35,499 nucleotides of DNA, taken from IMG/VR virus record IMGVR_UViG_2718217860_000003, one strand, 5' to 3'. This DNA comes from a virus. Lineage: Duplodnaviria > Heunggongvirae > Uroviricota > Caudoviricetes. Below, in pieces: positions 1 to 8,501 of this stretch. Positions within the stretch are counted from its first letter, which is position 1. Each line of letters starts with the position of its first letter. The notes below the pieces were generated by a model. It had not been told where the DNA came from, ran no database searches, and worked only from the letters and a program-made list of their open reading frames with translations. Position numbers and translations under genes: made by a program.

Positions 1-1
1 A

Positions 2-1297
2 TTAATTTTTCATTGCTTCGTTATGGGGCATGGTTGGGGCAAACTCGCTTAACTGTGTATTTAACAAAGCTACCTGTGCATTATTGTTTTCAGACATCCA
101 TTTTCCGTATACCTGAAATACCATTTGCGCATCTGCATGGCCCATCTGGTTTGCTATAAATGCCGGGTTAGCACCAGCTGTCAGCGACCAGCAGGCATAA
201 GTATGTCTCGACTGATATGATTTTCGATGGCGGAGTCCGGCACGTTTTATCGCTGCGTCCCACATCTGCCTTATTGAGTCAACGGTAAAATGGTCACCAT
301 AATTTTTTACTCTCGCTGACACTTCAGGTTGAAAAACAAAGGTGCATTTTTGTTTTTCTGTTCTGCCATACTCTCTGAGGTGAACATCAATGATATGCTC
401 TTTGCTCAGTCTCGTTAATGTCATCTGACTCCGGAGAGCGTCGATTGCTGGCTTAATAAGATGAATGACCCGATTGGTTCCTGCCTGTGTTTTTGGTACC
501 GTGAAACGGTCTTTTGCTAAATTTCTCCTGATCATCATTGTTCCATTTTTCAGATCTATGTCCTCCCATCCAAGTGCACACAGCTCACCAGGGCGAACGC
601 CAGTATAAACAGAAACACACCATAAATTTTTTGCTTGCTGATTTCTGCACGCATCGATAAGACGGATAAATTCCTCCCGCGAAAGAGGATCCGGAATGCT
701 TCTTGATTCCTTTAATGGCGAGATCCCCTTAAACGGATTATCTGCCAGGTAACCGTTATCAACACCAAACTGGAACACGGCGTTAAGATTTGTCATGTAA
801 TTATTTACAGTTACAGCCGATCTCCCTGGTTGTGTAACAATATAGTTACTTTTGGGGATCTGGTATCCAGTCAGTAGCTCTTTACGAACCTCCAGTAATT
901 TTTCTTTATTAATCGATGAGGCAAGATTTTTTTCACCGATTATGCTCAGGATATTTTTGATGACGGCACGGTATGTGTTGAGTGATGTTTTGGCGACTTC
1001 AGTTTCTTTCAGTGCCAGAAATTTTTCAGCCAGTTCTTTTATGGTTAAATCTTGTCGGGCCTCACCAAATTTTTCCAGATTGCGTGAGGAGGGAAACTGT
1101 TTTGCATAGTCGAAAACACCAGTTTTTATTGCGTAACAAACAGAGGCGCGTAGTTCACCTGCAACGCGCCTGTTTTTTGCTGTGTCAGGAACCCCCAGAT
1201 TTTCCCTGACTCTTACGCCTTTATAAACAAACCAGATACGTAATTTCCCTCCATGGTTTTCCACGCCTGTCGGATATTTCATTTCAACTTCTCTCAT
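2..1297 (-). CDS. int: Tyrosine site-specific integrase (phage integrase family)
   Basis: 431-aa ORF with a C-terminal H-x-x-R and Tyr-containing region (LRHRKSYQSRHTYAC...VYGKW) typical of tyrosine recombinases; first gene of the prophage, next to an excisionase-like gene. The likely true start is the second Met at 1282 (MKYPTGVE...), preceded by AGAGAAG. Confidence 0.9.
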   Translation of the reverse strand: MREVEMKYPTGVENHGGKLRIWFVYKGVRVRENLGVPDTAKNRRVAGELRASVCYAIKTGVFDYAKQFPSSRNLEKFGEARQDLTIKELAEKFLALKETEVAKTSLNTYRAVIKNILSIIGEKNLASSINKEKLLEVRKELLTGYQIPKSNYIVTQPGRSAVTVNNYMTNLNAVFQFGVDNGYLADNPFKGISPLKESRSIPDPLSREEFIRLIDACRNQQAKNLWCVSVYTGVRPGELCALGWEDIDLKNGTMMIRRNLAKDRFTVPKTQAGTNRVIHLIKPAIDALRSQMTLTRLSKEHIIDVHLREYGRTEKQKCTFVFQPEVSARVKNYGDHFTVDSIRQMWDAAIKRAGLRHRKSYQSRHTYACWSLTAGANPAFIANQMGHADAQMVFQVYGKWMSENNNAQVALLNTQLSEFAPTMPHNEAMKN

Positions 1298-1316
1298 TAG
1301 TTAGTGTGGCTTTTAG

Positions 1317-1568
1317 TCAAGTAAGATGACGTCTTGGTCTCGCTGATGCCTGGCGCTCAATCCAGCGATCAATTTCTTCTAGGTTGTAAAAGCATGGACT
1401 GTTATCCCATGGCATACCGTCATGAGCGACATGCTTATATTCCCTTCCTTCCATAAACGATTTTTCCCGGGCCTTTTTTAACGTACCTTTTTTTATTCCT
1501 TTCAGCGCAATTAACTGCTCTTCGGATACCCATTTGCCGGGAGAGACAATCATGATTACTTCGCTCAT
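1317..1568 (-). CDS. xis: Excisionase-like small DNA-binding protein (Xis/AlpA-like)
   Basis: 83-aa basic ORF immediately upstream of int on the same strand, the canonical xis position. Confidence 0.55.
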   Translation of the reverse strand: MSEVIMIVSPGKWVSEEQLIALKGIKKGTLKKAREKSFMEGREYKHVAHDGMPWDNSPCFYNLEEIDRWIERQASARPRRHLT

Positions 1569-1640
1569 CGATTTCTTTATCTCTTACATCAGACGAGCGC
1601 CGGTTGCAGAATACCAGTCACAACCGGCGACAGTTGAACA

Positions 1641-4148
1641 TTAAGAATCAGCCTGACTCGGGATCAGTTTTTGCCAGATAACTGAAACGTATTTTGCCTG
1701 GTAACGGGCGTCATCAAGTGCATTATGGCGCTCACCTTCGAATGGAATAGCCGTTCTGGCATCGAAGTCTATGGCTTTCCCCAGCTCAACGATTGTGCGT
1801 ACATCGCGATCGTTGTAGTAACGCCACGGGCAGGGGATCCCCTGCCGTTCGTATGAACGGCGCAAAATCGTGTTGTCGAAGTTGGCTCCATTTCCCCAAA
1901 CCTGAACAAAAAATTCACCGGAGTTTTCGTCGATAAATTCTCGCAATTGTAACAGTGCATCATCTAACGGGATTTCATCGGTCATAATGGCAGATTGCGC
2001 TTCGCGTGATTGCTTAAGCCACCATTTAATGGTGTCCCGATCAATGACTCCGCCAGCAGTTTCCAGATCGATAGTCTTACTAAATTCCGGTCCCATATCT
2101 CCGGTTTGCGGATCGAAAAATATTGCACCTATTGAGATGATCGGGGCATCAGGATTTTTTCCCATGGTTTCAAGGTCGATCATTAGATGGTCACACGTCC
2201 TGCTGGTGGATGTGATTCCGTGATGACCGTTCACCTTAATTGGGTGATCTGCCGTCTCGCCAGTTTCATTATCGCTATTGTGATGCTGATTGCCGCCAGT
2301 GTTCTCCTTGTGTGGATGTTCAGCGCCTTCCATTTCCTCCGGATCATCTTCCTGAACTTCAACCTGATACTCTTCATCGAATGTTTCTTGGTATGTTGCG
2401 TCGCCCATCACCGCGCCACAATCAGGGCAGTTGCCGCCGCCGGTCTGACCGCAGGCGGTGCAGACTTTTTCCACTTCCTGTTGCGCTACTGGTTCAGGCT
2501 GTTTCGTTTCTGGCTCGTTTTGTAACGCATTTGGACTGTTTTGTTCCGCTTTTTGGTAGTTCCGTTCCGATTCATGCTGGTTCTGGTTCACAGAATCGCG
2601 GGTCTGGAGCCCCTTAACCCATTTCGGATCATTCGGGTCACTAATCCCTTCAACAAATTCACCACGTGATGCAGCAAGCAACTTATCGGCGTCAGGCTGG
2701 CTGATATTGGCTGCCTGCATAATTTTGTTTACTTCGTCAGCGGTAACTTTTATCGGCTCTGGTTGTTCTGAATCTTCAGCGGTATCTACATTTTGCGGTA
2801 AGCCCGTGTATGTGCCATTTTTTCGGGCAAAATATTCTTCTTTTGTGATTTCAGTGGCGCCAGCAGCCAGTGCCTTATCCAGACCAGAGAGTTTGTTTGC
2901 GCGACCGTATTTTTCTCCGTCCTTATCTGCGAAGAGGAAATAGAACGGCCCCTCACGCTCTACAGATGGTTCAGCTTCCGGCGCGGTTTCATTTTTTGGG
3001 ATATCAGATACCTCAGTTTCCACTGCATCAGTTTGTGTTTCTGATGACTGGAGAACATCAACAGTGCCCAGGTCTGTTTCTTCATTCTCAAACACGCCCT
3101 TTGTCGTCAGGTATTCGCAGATATATTTGTTCAGTGCTACGGGATCTTTGTGAATGTCGATCGGACGCTCACGGACAAGGCCAAAAATAGTTTGGCGGTC
3201 GTAGCGAAGGGCATCAGGCTGTTTGCGCATTGATGCCGAGATACGCTTCCAGTCTTCGCGGTCGTTGTCGATAACTTCTTTTTTTGCCCAGCGATGGATG
3301 CTGCCGTCAATGTTTCCGGCATCCACATCACCAGGCCAGAGAGCGTAGGCCAGTTCGTCATCCAGTGTTTTCCATGTCTGCTTGTATTCGCGATGAATGG
3401 CAGCAATGACCGGGCTGATTTTTCCTGTTGAATTTTCAGTGTACTGTTGATTGGCTCTGGCGCGGGCGAGATCAACAACAGACGTGTATTTTCCGGTTTC
3501 CTTGCGTTCACCTTCGCGACGTTTTTTCCAGATGCGCATCTCTGCCTGAATTTCGGGCCATTTAGCACCAGGAATACATTTATGCTTAACCCACCCAATG
3601 GCGTGCAACTTAAGCTCCGGATACATGGCGTTAACTTCTGGCATTTTCATCAACGCTTCAACGATATGTCCGTCGAATGTTGCCATGTCTTCCTGCAACA
3701 ATTCCTGTGCGCTAATAACCATATCAACGGTGATGTTTTCACATGTGTCGAACTTAACCATGACAGCGTTCTGTACTTCAGGGGCCAGCTTGTCAAAAGT
3801 GACGTTCATCGGATCGGATTCAGTCTCAACCGGGACAAAAGAAGCAGACTCCTCATCCCAGCGGTTTTCCTGCATATATTCAGCATCCCATGAATCGAGG
3901 GCAGGGCGGGGTATGCCAGGTTTATCCTCGCAGACAATAAATTTATAAGCGCAGTCCTGAGCAGCCGGATAATGTTCCAGGAATTGCCAGTGAAATTTTG
4001 CTCGAGCACGGCGTTCGTCGCCAGCTTCAATGGCTGTGGCTACAGCCACAGCGCCTTCTTCCCTTGTTGCCAGTTCGTCAGGAATAGCGGCGCAAATAAA
4101 GACTTTACTCATTTGTTTTAACCTCATGACAGATTTAAGGATGAACAA
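1641..4148 (-). CDS. Large early-region protein with a C-terminal DnaQ-like DEDDh 3'-5' exonuclease domain, a central Cys4 zinc-ribbon-like motif and an acidic low-complexity linker
   Basis: 835-aa ORF. The C-terminus carries Exo I (MIDLETMG), an Exo II-like (GNGANFDNTIL) and Exo III (ERHNALDDARYQ) motif. A Cys cluster CTACGQTGGGNCPDCG lies mid-protein. The more likely start is Met13 at 4112 (MSKVF...) with GAGG 9 nt upstream. Sits in the exo/recE position of lambdoid phages. Confidence 0.8.
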   Translation of the reverse strand: MFILKSVMRLKQMSKVFICAAIPDELATREEGAVAVATAIEAGDERRARAKFHWQFLEHYPAAQDCAYKFIVCEDKPGIPRPALDSWDAEYMQENRWDEESASFVPVETESDPMNVTFDKLAPEVQNAVMVKFDTCENITVDMVISAQELLQEDMATFDGHIVEALMKMPEVNAMYPELKLHAIGWVKHKCIPGAKWPEIQAEMRIWKKRREGERKETGKYTSVVDLARARANQQYTENSTGKISPVIAAIHREYKQTWKTLDDELAYALWPGDVDAGNIDGSIHRWAKKEVIDNDREDWKRISASMRKQPDALRYDRQTIFGLVRERPIDIHKDPVALNKYICEYLTTKGVFENEETDLGTVDVLQSSETQTDAVETEVSDIPKNETAPEAEPSVEREGPFYFLFADKDGEKYGRANKLSGLDKALAAGATEITKEEYFARKNGTYTGLPQNVDTAEDSEQPEPIKVTADEVNKIMQAANISQPDADKLLAASRGEFVEGISDPNDPKWVKGLQTRDSVNQNQHESERNYQKAEQNSPNALQNEPETKQPEPVAQQEVEKVCTACGQTGGGNCPDCGAVMGDATYQETFDEEYQVEVQEDDPEEMEGAEHPHKENTGGNQHHNSDNETGETADHPIKVNGHHGITSTSRTCDHLMIDLETMGKNPDAPIISIGAIFFDPQTGDMGPEFSKTIDLETAGGVIDRDTIKWWLKQSREAQSAIMTDEIPLDDALLQLREFIDENSGEFFVQVWGNGANFDNTILRRSYERQGIPCPWRYYNDRDVRTIVELGKAIDFDARTAIPFEGERHNALDDARYQAKYVSVIWQKLIPSQADS

Positions 4149-4204
4149 ATCCCTGCCATTGCTGGCATATAAGAATGAAACCGGATATTTATTACGGAAC
4201 TGTT

Positions 4205-4396
4205 TTAAAGACCTGCCGGGATTTCGATATTATCCTGGTGAATAACTTTATCGACCGGGTAACAGTTACCGGGAATTTTCTGTTCGGTTGCTGCAGTCAT
4301 ACACTCCTGCATTGTCCTGTGAACACTGACTGCAATATCAACTGGCTCTCCGGAAACAAGAAAAACTGTCAGAACAAGCACAAATGCTGAATTCAT
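4205..4396 (-). CDS. ydfD: YdfD-like small protein (Qin prophage lysis-inducing protein family), N-terminal hydrophobic segment
   Basis: 63-aa product MNSAFVLVLTVFLVSGEPVD... from the internal Met of the 81-aa ORF; its start overlaps the dicB stop as ATGA (translational coupling). Matches the YdfD sequence as recalled. Confidence 0.75.
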   Translation of the reverse strand: MNSAFVLVLTVFLVSGEPVDIAVSVHRTMQECMTAATEQKIPGNCYPVDKVIHQDNIEIPAGL

Positions 4397-4581
4397 TGTG
4401 CACATCCTTTTGGCATCAGACGTAAACGAGCCAGCATTGAAACAATGCATATTTTATTTAATAGCTCCCGTTCTTGTTTTCTCTTGTTAATGGCATCTTC
4501 AGTAAATACTGGGTTACTGATAGTGACACCAATTTCAAAACAACCTTCAGACGTATTAACGTTTGGTAATAACGTTTTCAT
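4393..4581 (-). CDS. dicB: Cell-division inhibitor DicB
   Basis: 62-aa product MKTLLPNVNTSEGCFEIGVTISNPVFTEDAINKRKQERELLNKICIVSMLARLRLMPKGCAQ from the internal Met of the 97-aa ORF; matches DicB as recalled; directly downstream of dicF. Confidence 0.85.
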   Translation of the reverse strand: MKTLLPNVNTSEGCFEIGVTISNPVFTEDAINKRKQERELLNKICIVSMLARLRLMPKGCAQ

Positions 4582-4750
4582 TATCGCGTCCTCAACAATG
4601 AATTTTGTGATGCAGTGCCTGGTGCCTCCAGGTGACGTTAACCAGTTAACAATTAACGCCGGATACAGAGAATCCACCCATAACACTGTTTTTGGTTTTA
4701 ACTGTTCCGCGTGCGCTCAGCCGCATTCACCACATCACAAAATTCACTTT

Positions 4751-4808
4751 AAAAAGGGCGGCAGAGCAGTCACGGAGTAAAACTGATACCGCCAAACGTC
4801 ACCAGAAA
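4751..4808 (-). ncRNA. dicF: DicF small RNA (ftsZ-targeting antisense sRNA) with its intrinsic terminator
   Basis: The minus strand reads UUUCUGGUGACGUUUGGCGGUAUCAGUUUUACUCCGUGACUGCUCUGCCGCCCUUUUU, a GGCGG...CCGCC hairpin followed by a U-run, lying between ydfC and dicB as in the Qin dicB operon. Ends are approximate. Confidence 0.85.
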
Positions 4809-5148
4809 ATTGATAACAGAGGGCGTTGCAGCGGGGTTGTCACTTAAGCGTATGGTCAACCTGACAACCCGGTGTCCTCAACGGGGAAGGAATAACCCCG
4901 CCATACTTACCGCCGCGCCATTTCGCGGGTTGCCACAACCGGAAGCGCACGGTCGACGAAAATTTAACGACAGGCTATCTATGAACCAGCTACCTCGCCG
5001 TGCGCTTTCGCGTTATGGTCTGACTTTTCAGGGAAATATCCTTTCAGTAAACTGTCAGTTCCGGATGCGCACCCGTGTCCGGCGCACGCACTCCACCTCA
5101 CCCGTGGAGAACTCCTTAATTACTAACCTTAGCTTTGTTGATTAGCTA

Positions 5149-5367
5149 CTAACGCGGGTATGTAATCATTCTGGCAATGCTTAATGCCGCTGCTTTTTCC
5201 AGATTGGTGATATCCTGCTCCAGAGCGGACAGATTTTCAGCCTGCTTAGCCCTGGCTTCATTAGCCCATTTCAGATCCTGCGCTGCATTAATTTTCTGGC
5301 GCATCCACTCATAAAGTTCATCATCGGTATAGTCTGGCGCGATGATGACGGGTTCTCGTTTCTGCAT
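5149..5367 (-). CDS. ydfC: YdfC-like prophage protein
   Basis: 72-aa ORF in the conserved position between ydfB and dicF. Confidence 0.7.
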   Translation of the reverse strand: MQKREPVIIAPDYTDDELYEWMRQKINAAQDLKWANEARAKQAENLSALEQDITNLEKAAALSIARMITYPR

Positions 5368-5396
5368 ACTGATTCCTCGCGGTGCTGTTTCGCTTA

Positions 5397-5524
5397 TCAG
5401 CCGTTAGATTTTGCCGAACTGGAAAGCGCCTGTTTAAACTCACTGAAGCTGAGAGCTTCTTCGCCTTCGGCAAGGCCTTCGAAGTATTCTTCGTAAGCCT
5501 TTTCCATGATTGTGTCGAAATCCA
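5397..5524 (-). CDS. ydfB: YdfB-like small acidic protein (42 aa)
   Basis: Not in the ORF track (too short). Manual minus-strand translation from ATG at 5524 gives MDFDTIMEKAYEEYFEGLAEGEEALSFSEFKQALSSSAKSNG*, stopping at 5397-5399. Confidence 0.7.
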
Positions 5525-5526
5525 TA

Positions 5527-5682
5527 TCACTCACCTGAGTTTCTTTCCAGCCAGCGACGGGCACCATTTTCGGTTTTAAACGTTTTGCTTTTGGTATACG
5601 TCATTGCGGTGAACGTGCCGTCCTGGTTTGGAAACACGCCGTACACCAGAGATTCGTTGTTGCCAAGATCGATAGTATCCAT
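5527..5682 (-). CDS. ydfA: YdfA-like small protein (51 aa)
   Basis: Internal Met of the 103-aa ORF gives MDTIDLGNNESLVYGVFPNQDGTFTAMTYTKSKTFKTENGARRWLERNSGE; first gene of the dicB operon, downstream of a DicA-operator-like palindrome. Confidence 0.7.
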   Translation of the reverse strand: MDTIDLGNNESLVYGVFPNQDGTFTAMTYTKSKTFKTENGARRWLERNSGE

Positions 5683-5797
5683 GCTGACCTCATTTCCCCT
5701 TAACGCTGGGGTAGCGGAACTGTTTGCGGAGAACACCGTGCGGTGTGTTGATGGAGGTAATTTAGTTTTCTCATTATTTTTCGTCAAGGTTTTTTGA

Positions 5798-5809
5798 TGA
5801 GAAAACTCA
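5798..5809. promoter_or_regulatory. Operator-like palindrome TGAGAAAACTCA at the ydfA (dicB operon) promoter region
   Basis: Inverted repeat TGAG-AAAA-CTCA between the dicA 3' end and ydfA; a near-identical copy lies in the dicA/dicC divergent region. Confidence 0.5.
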
Positions 5810-5874
5810 AGTGTTGGCGCAAGATAAAGCCAATACATTGAAATGTAAGGCTTTAAAATTTTGTGAAGGGATGA

Positions 5875-6282
5875 TTATTGATGCTTGTTGCGTTTGCGAG
5901 CCTCTAATAGCTCGGTGAACAGGCGATTAAAATTCTCAACGCGGGCGCGGAGTTCGCTGAGTTGTGCTTGTTGCTCTGATTTAGGAAGTGCGCGATACAA
6001 ACGCAGCATCTCTAACTCATCTTCCGATAAGTCTAGGGTACTATCGAGTGAAACAGGGGGAGCTGGTGTTTTGTCCTCGTCGCCAAACAGTATCCAGGTT
6101 GGTGAACATTGCAATACCTCGGCGAGGCGATGCAAATTTTGCCCGCGCGGGGCTGTATGGTCACTTTCCCATAATGAAATTGATGAGCCAGATACGCCAG
6201 CAGCTTTGCTTAAACCGTTTTGACTTAAGCCTACCTGCTTACGTCTTTCTCTAATGCGTTGACCTAAAGTTTTCTCGTTCAT
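5875..6282 (-). CDS. dicA: DicA-like repressor (XRE-family HTH, CI functional analogue)
   Basis: 135-aa product from Met18 (MNEKTLGQRIRERRKQVGLSQNGLSKAAGVS...LQCSPTWILFGDEDK...), closely resembling DicA as recalled; divergent from a dicC-like gene. Confidence 0.85.
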   Translation of the reverse strand: MNEKTLGQRIRERRKQVGLSQNGLSKAAGVSGSSISLWESDHTAPRGQNLHRLAEVLQCSPTWILFGDEDKTPAPPVSLDSTLDLSEDELEMLRLYRALPKSEQQAQLSELRARVENFNRLFTELLEARKRNKHQ

Positions 6283-6332
6283 ATTTAGATATCTTAATAA
6301 TCCTTGACTTGAGATTCCTTGAGTGATTAGCA

Positions 6333-6346
6333 TTGAGAAAACTCAA
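6333..6346. promoter_or_regulatory. Operator-like palindrome TTGAGAAAACTCAA in the dicA/dicC divergent promoter region
   Basis: Perfect inverted repeat 14 nt upstream of the dicC RBS (GGAGG); same core as the site at 5798-5809. Confidence 0.55.
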
Positions 6347-6359
6347 TATTGGAGGTGCG

Positions 6360-6587
6360 ATGTTTAAATCAGACGTAATTAATTTTTACGGTACGAAAGC
6401 CAAAGTAGCGAAAGCTGCTGGCGTTGACCCATCTGCTGTTTCTCAATGGCAAGAGCTAGTTCCTGAAGGTCGCGCGATGCGTCTACAGGAGGCATCTGGC
6501 GGCGAGCTTCTGTATGATCCCAAGGTTTATGACGAATATCGTAAGACGAAGCGGGCGGGGCGGTTGAACAATGAAAATCACTCCTGA
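6360..6587 (+). CDS. dicC: DicC-like Cro-type regulator
   Basis: 75-aa product from the internal ATG (MFKSDVINFYGTKAKVAKAAGV...GRAMRLQEASGGELLYDPKVYDEYRKTKRAGRLNNENHS) with GGAGG upstream; divergent from dicA. Confidence 0.8.
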   Translation: MFKSDVINFYGTKAKVAKAAGVDPSAVSQWQELVPEGRAMRLQEASGGELLYDPKVYDEYRKTKRAGRLNNENHS

Positions 6588-7092
6588 ACAGGCTCGTGAG
6601 GCTCTGGATGCCTGGATATGTCGACCAGGAATGACACAGGAGCAGGCGACGATATTAATCACTGAAGCATTCTGGGCTTTGAAAGAGCGCCCGAACATCG
6701 ATGTTCAGCGTGTCACAGATGAAGGTGGCGCGGTTGATCAGCGAGCGCTTGGCGTTAATCGAGTGAAGATATTCGAACGCTGGAAGGCTATCGACACCAG
6801 GGATAAGCGTGAAAAGTTCACGGCGCTAGTGCCTGCAATTATGGAGGCTATCCGGATTAATGATTTCAGGTTGTATCGTGAAATTAGTGACGGAAAAAGC
6901 ATCACGTACATGATCGCCGGGTTAAACAAAGAATATGGCGATGTGGTGGAGTCCGGACTGCTTTTTGCTGATCCTGCCGTAGTGGATCGTGAAACTGACG
7001 AACTTATAGAAAAAGCAATTGCTTTCAAACTTGCGTATCGACAGCAATACCAACAAAAAGCTGGATGGAATTATGAGCCTTCTTTTTGCTGA
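6571..7092 (+). CDS. Hypothetical early protein in the CII position (possibly a YdaT-family regulatory/toxin-like protein)
   Basis: 173-aa ORF overlapping the dicC stop and the start of the O-like gene. The family assignment is from memory only. Confidence 0.6.
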   Translation: MKITPEQAREALDAWICRPGMTQEQATILITEAFWALKERPNIDVQRVTDEGGAVDQRALGVNRVKIFERWKAIDTRDKREKFTALVPAIMEAIRINDFRLYREISDGKSITYMIAGLNKEYGDVVESGLLFADPAVVDRETDELIEKAIAFKLAYRQQYQQKAGWNYEPSFC

Positions 7093-8038
7093 ACGCCCAC
7101 TGGTTATAAACACACAGCTTGCGATGAAGATTGGCTTAAATGAAGCCATTGTGTTGCAGCAGTTGCATTACTGGTTGAGAGATACCAATTCCGGCATGGA
7201 ATGTGATGGTGTTCGCTGGATTTACAACACAACGGAACAATGGCTGGAACAGTTCCCATTCTGGTCAGAGTCAACGTTAAAGCGCGCGTTTGCAAGTCTG
7301 AAAACGCTGGGGCTCTTGCGTTGTGAAAAGCTCAATAAATCAAAGCGCGATATGACCAATTTCTACACGATTAACTATGGGAGCGAGCTTTTAGATGATG
7401 GCAAATTGAGCGAATCCATCGGTTCAAAATGCGCCGCTCCATCAGGTCAAAATGACACGATGGAAGAGGTCAAAATGAAACGCTCCATTGGTTCAAAACG
7501 ACCCAATGTCATCGGGTCAAAATGGCCCGATGATCCTACAGAGAATACAACAGAGATTACTACAGAGAATAAAAACACTTTTCGTCCGGAAGCTTCGCAA
7601 CCGGACCCGCAGACGGCTGAACAGGATTTTTTAATCTGGCACCCTGGCGCAGTTGTGTTTAGTGCGAAAAAACGCCAGTGGGGTAGCCAGGAGGATCTGG
7701 CGTGTGCGCAGTGGATATGGGGGCGGATCGTGGGTCTCTACGAACAGGCCGCCAGTGATGATGGCGAGATCATGCGACCAAAAGAGCCTAACTGGACTGT
7801 CTGGGCCAATGATGTGCGCACAATGCGGATGCTGGATGGCAGAAGCCACAGACAAATTTGTGAAATGTTTGGTCGGGTACAGCGGGATCCGTTCTGGGTA
7901 AAAAACATCATGAGCCCGTCAAAGCTCCGCGAAAAATGGGACGAACTGGTCATCCGCCTGGGGCGTTCACCTGTACAGCGTTGTGTTAATCATATTTCTG
8001 AACCGGATACAGAAATTCCGCCTGGTTTCAGAGGATAA
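7073..8038 (+). CDS. Replication initiation protein (lambda O-like replisome organiser) with internal iterons
   Basis: N-terminal region resembles phage replication organiser N-domains; the gene contains five approximately 23-bp-spaced direct repeats (iterons). Start placed at ATG 7073 (MSLLFAERP...); the track ORF begins at an upstream TTG. Confidence 0.75.
   Translation: MSLLFAERPLVINTQLAMKIGLNEAIVLQQLHYWLRDTNSGMECDGVRWIYNTTEQWLEQFPFWSESTLKRAFASLKTLGLLRCEKLNKSKRDMTNFYTINYGSELLDDGKLSESIGSKCAAPSGQNDTMEEVKMKRSIGSKRPNVIGSKWPDDPTENTTEITTENKNTFRPEASQPDPQTAEQDFLIWHPGAVVFSAKKRQWGSQEDLACAQWIWGRIVGLYEQAASDDGEIMRPKEPNWTVWANDVRTMRMLDGRSHRQICEMFGRVQRDPFWVKNIMSPSKLREKWDELVIRLGRSPVQRCVNHISEPDTEIPPGFRG
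7415..7525. repeat. Iteron array (putative phage replication origin) inside the O-like gene
   Basis: Direct repeats tccatcGGTTCAAAATG / tccatcaGGTCAAAATG / GAGGTCAAAATG / tccattGGTTCAAAACG / tcatcgGGTCAAAATG starting near 7415, 7438, 7461, 7484 and 7509 (spacing about 23 bp). Confidence 0.7.
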
Positions 8039-8078
8039 GTTTTGATTTCAGGTCATGAGGTAATTTTAAGGGGGACTT

Positions 8079-8501
8079 GTGGCAAAAGTTTTTACACAAG
8101 AAGAGCGGGAAAAAATTAAAGGGCAGGTGGTGGAACTCGTGCGCCAGAGCGGTCGTGAGACGTTACGGCAACTGGAAGTCAAGACAGGTGCGACAAGATA
8201 TCTGATGAGCGTTCTCGCAAGAGAGCTGGTTGCCAGCGGCGATGTATACAACTCTGGTTACGGGTTATTCCCGTCTGAACAGGCGCGTAAGGACTGGCAA
8301 AATGCCCGTAAAAAGCTCTCAAGGGCAAAGCTGAAGGAACCATCTGCGGTTGATCCGGACCTTATCTGGTCATTACCTGACGGAGAAATACGTCGCTACG
8401 ACAGGCGTCAGAACATAATCTGTCGCGAGTGCCGGAAGAGTGAAGTTATGCAGCGCATACTAGCATTCTATCAGGGAAATGCTCGATATTTATTGAAGTG
8501 A
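8079..8501 (+). CDS. Hypothetical protein (replication-module associated), GTG start
   Basis: 140-aa ORF with RBS-like TAAGGGGGA upstream of GTG; basic, Cys-containing C-terminus. No family recognised. Confidence 0.55.
   Translation: MAKVFTQEEREKIKGQVVELVRQSGRETLRQLEVKTGATRYLMSVLARELVASGDVYNSGYGLFPSEQARKDWQNARKKLSRAKLKEPSAVDPDLIWSLPDGEIRRYDRRQNIICRECRKSEVMQRILAFYQGNARYLLK

Noticed and set aside
2187-3948. Multiple 70-150-aa ORFs on both strands within the exonuclease-fusion gene
   Set aside because: All are nested within or antisense to the long 835-aa ORF and lack start signals; treated as frame noise.
1641-4148. Calling the large early protein RecE (exonuclease VIII)
   Set aside because: Similar size and position, but the C-terminal catalytic motifs are DEDDh (DnaQ-like) rather than PD-(D/E)xK; RecE cannot be asserted from the sequence.
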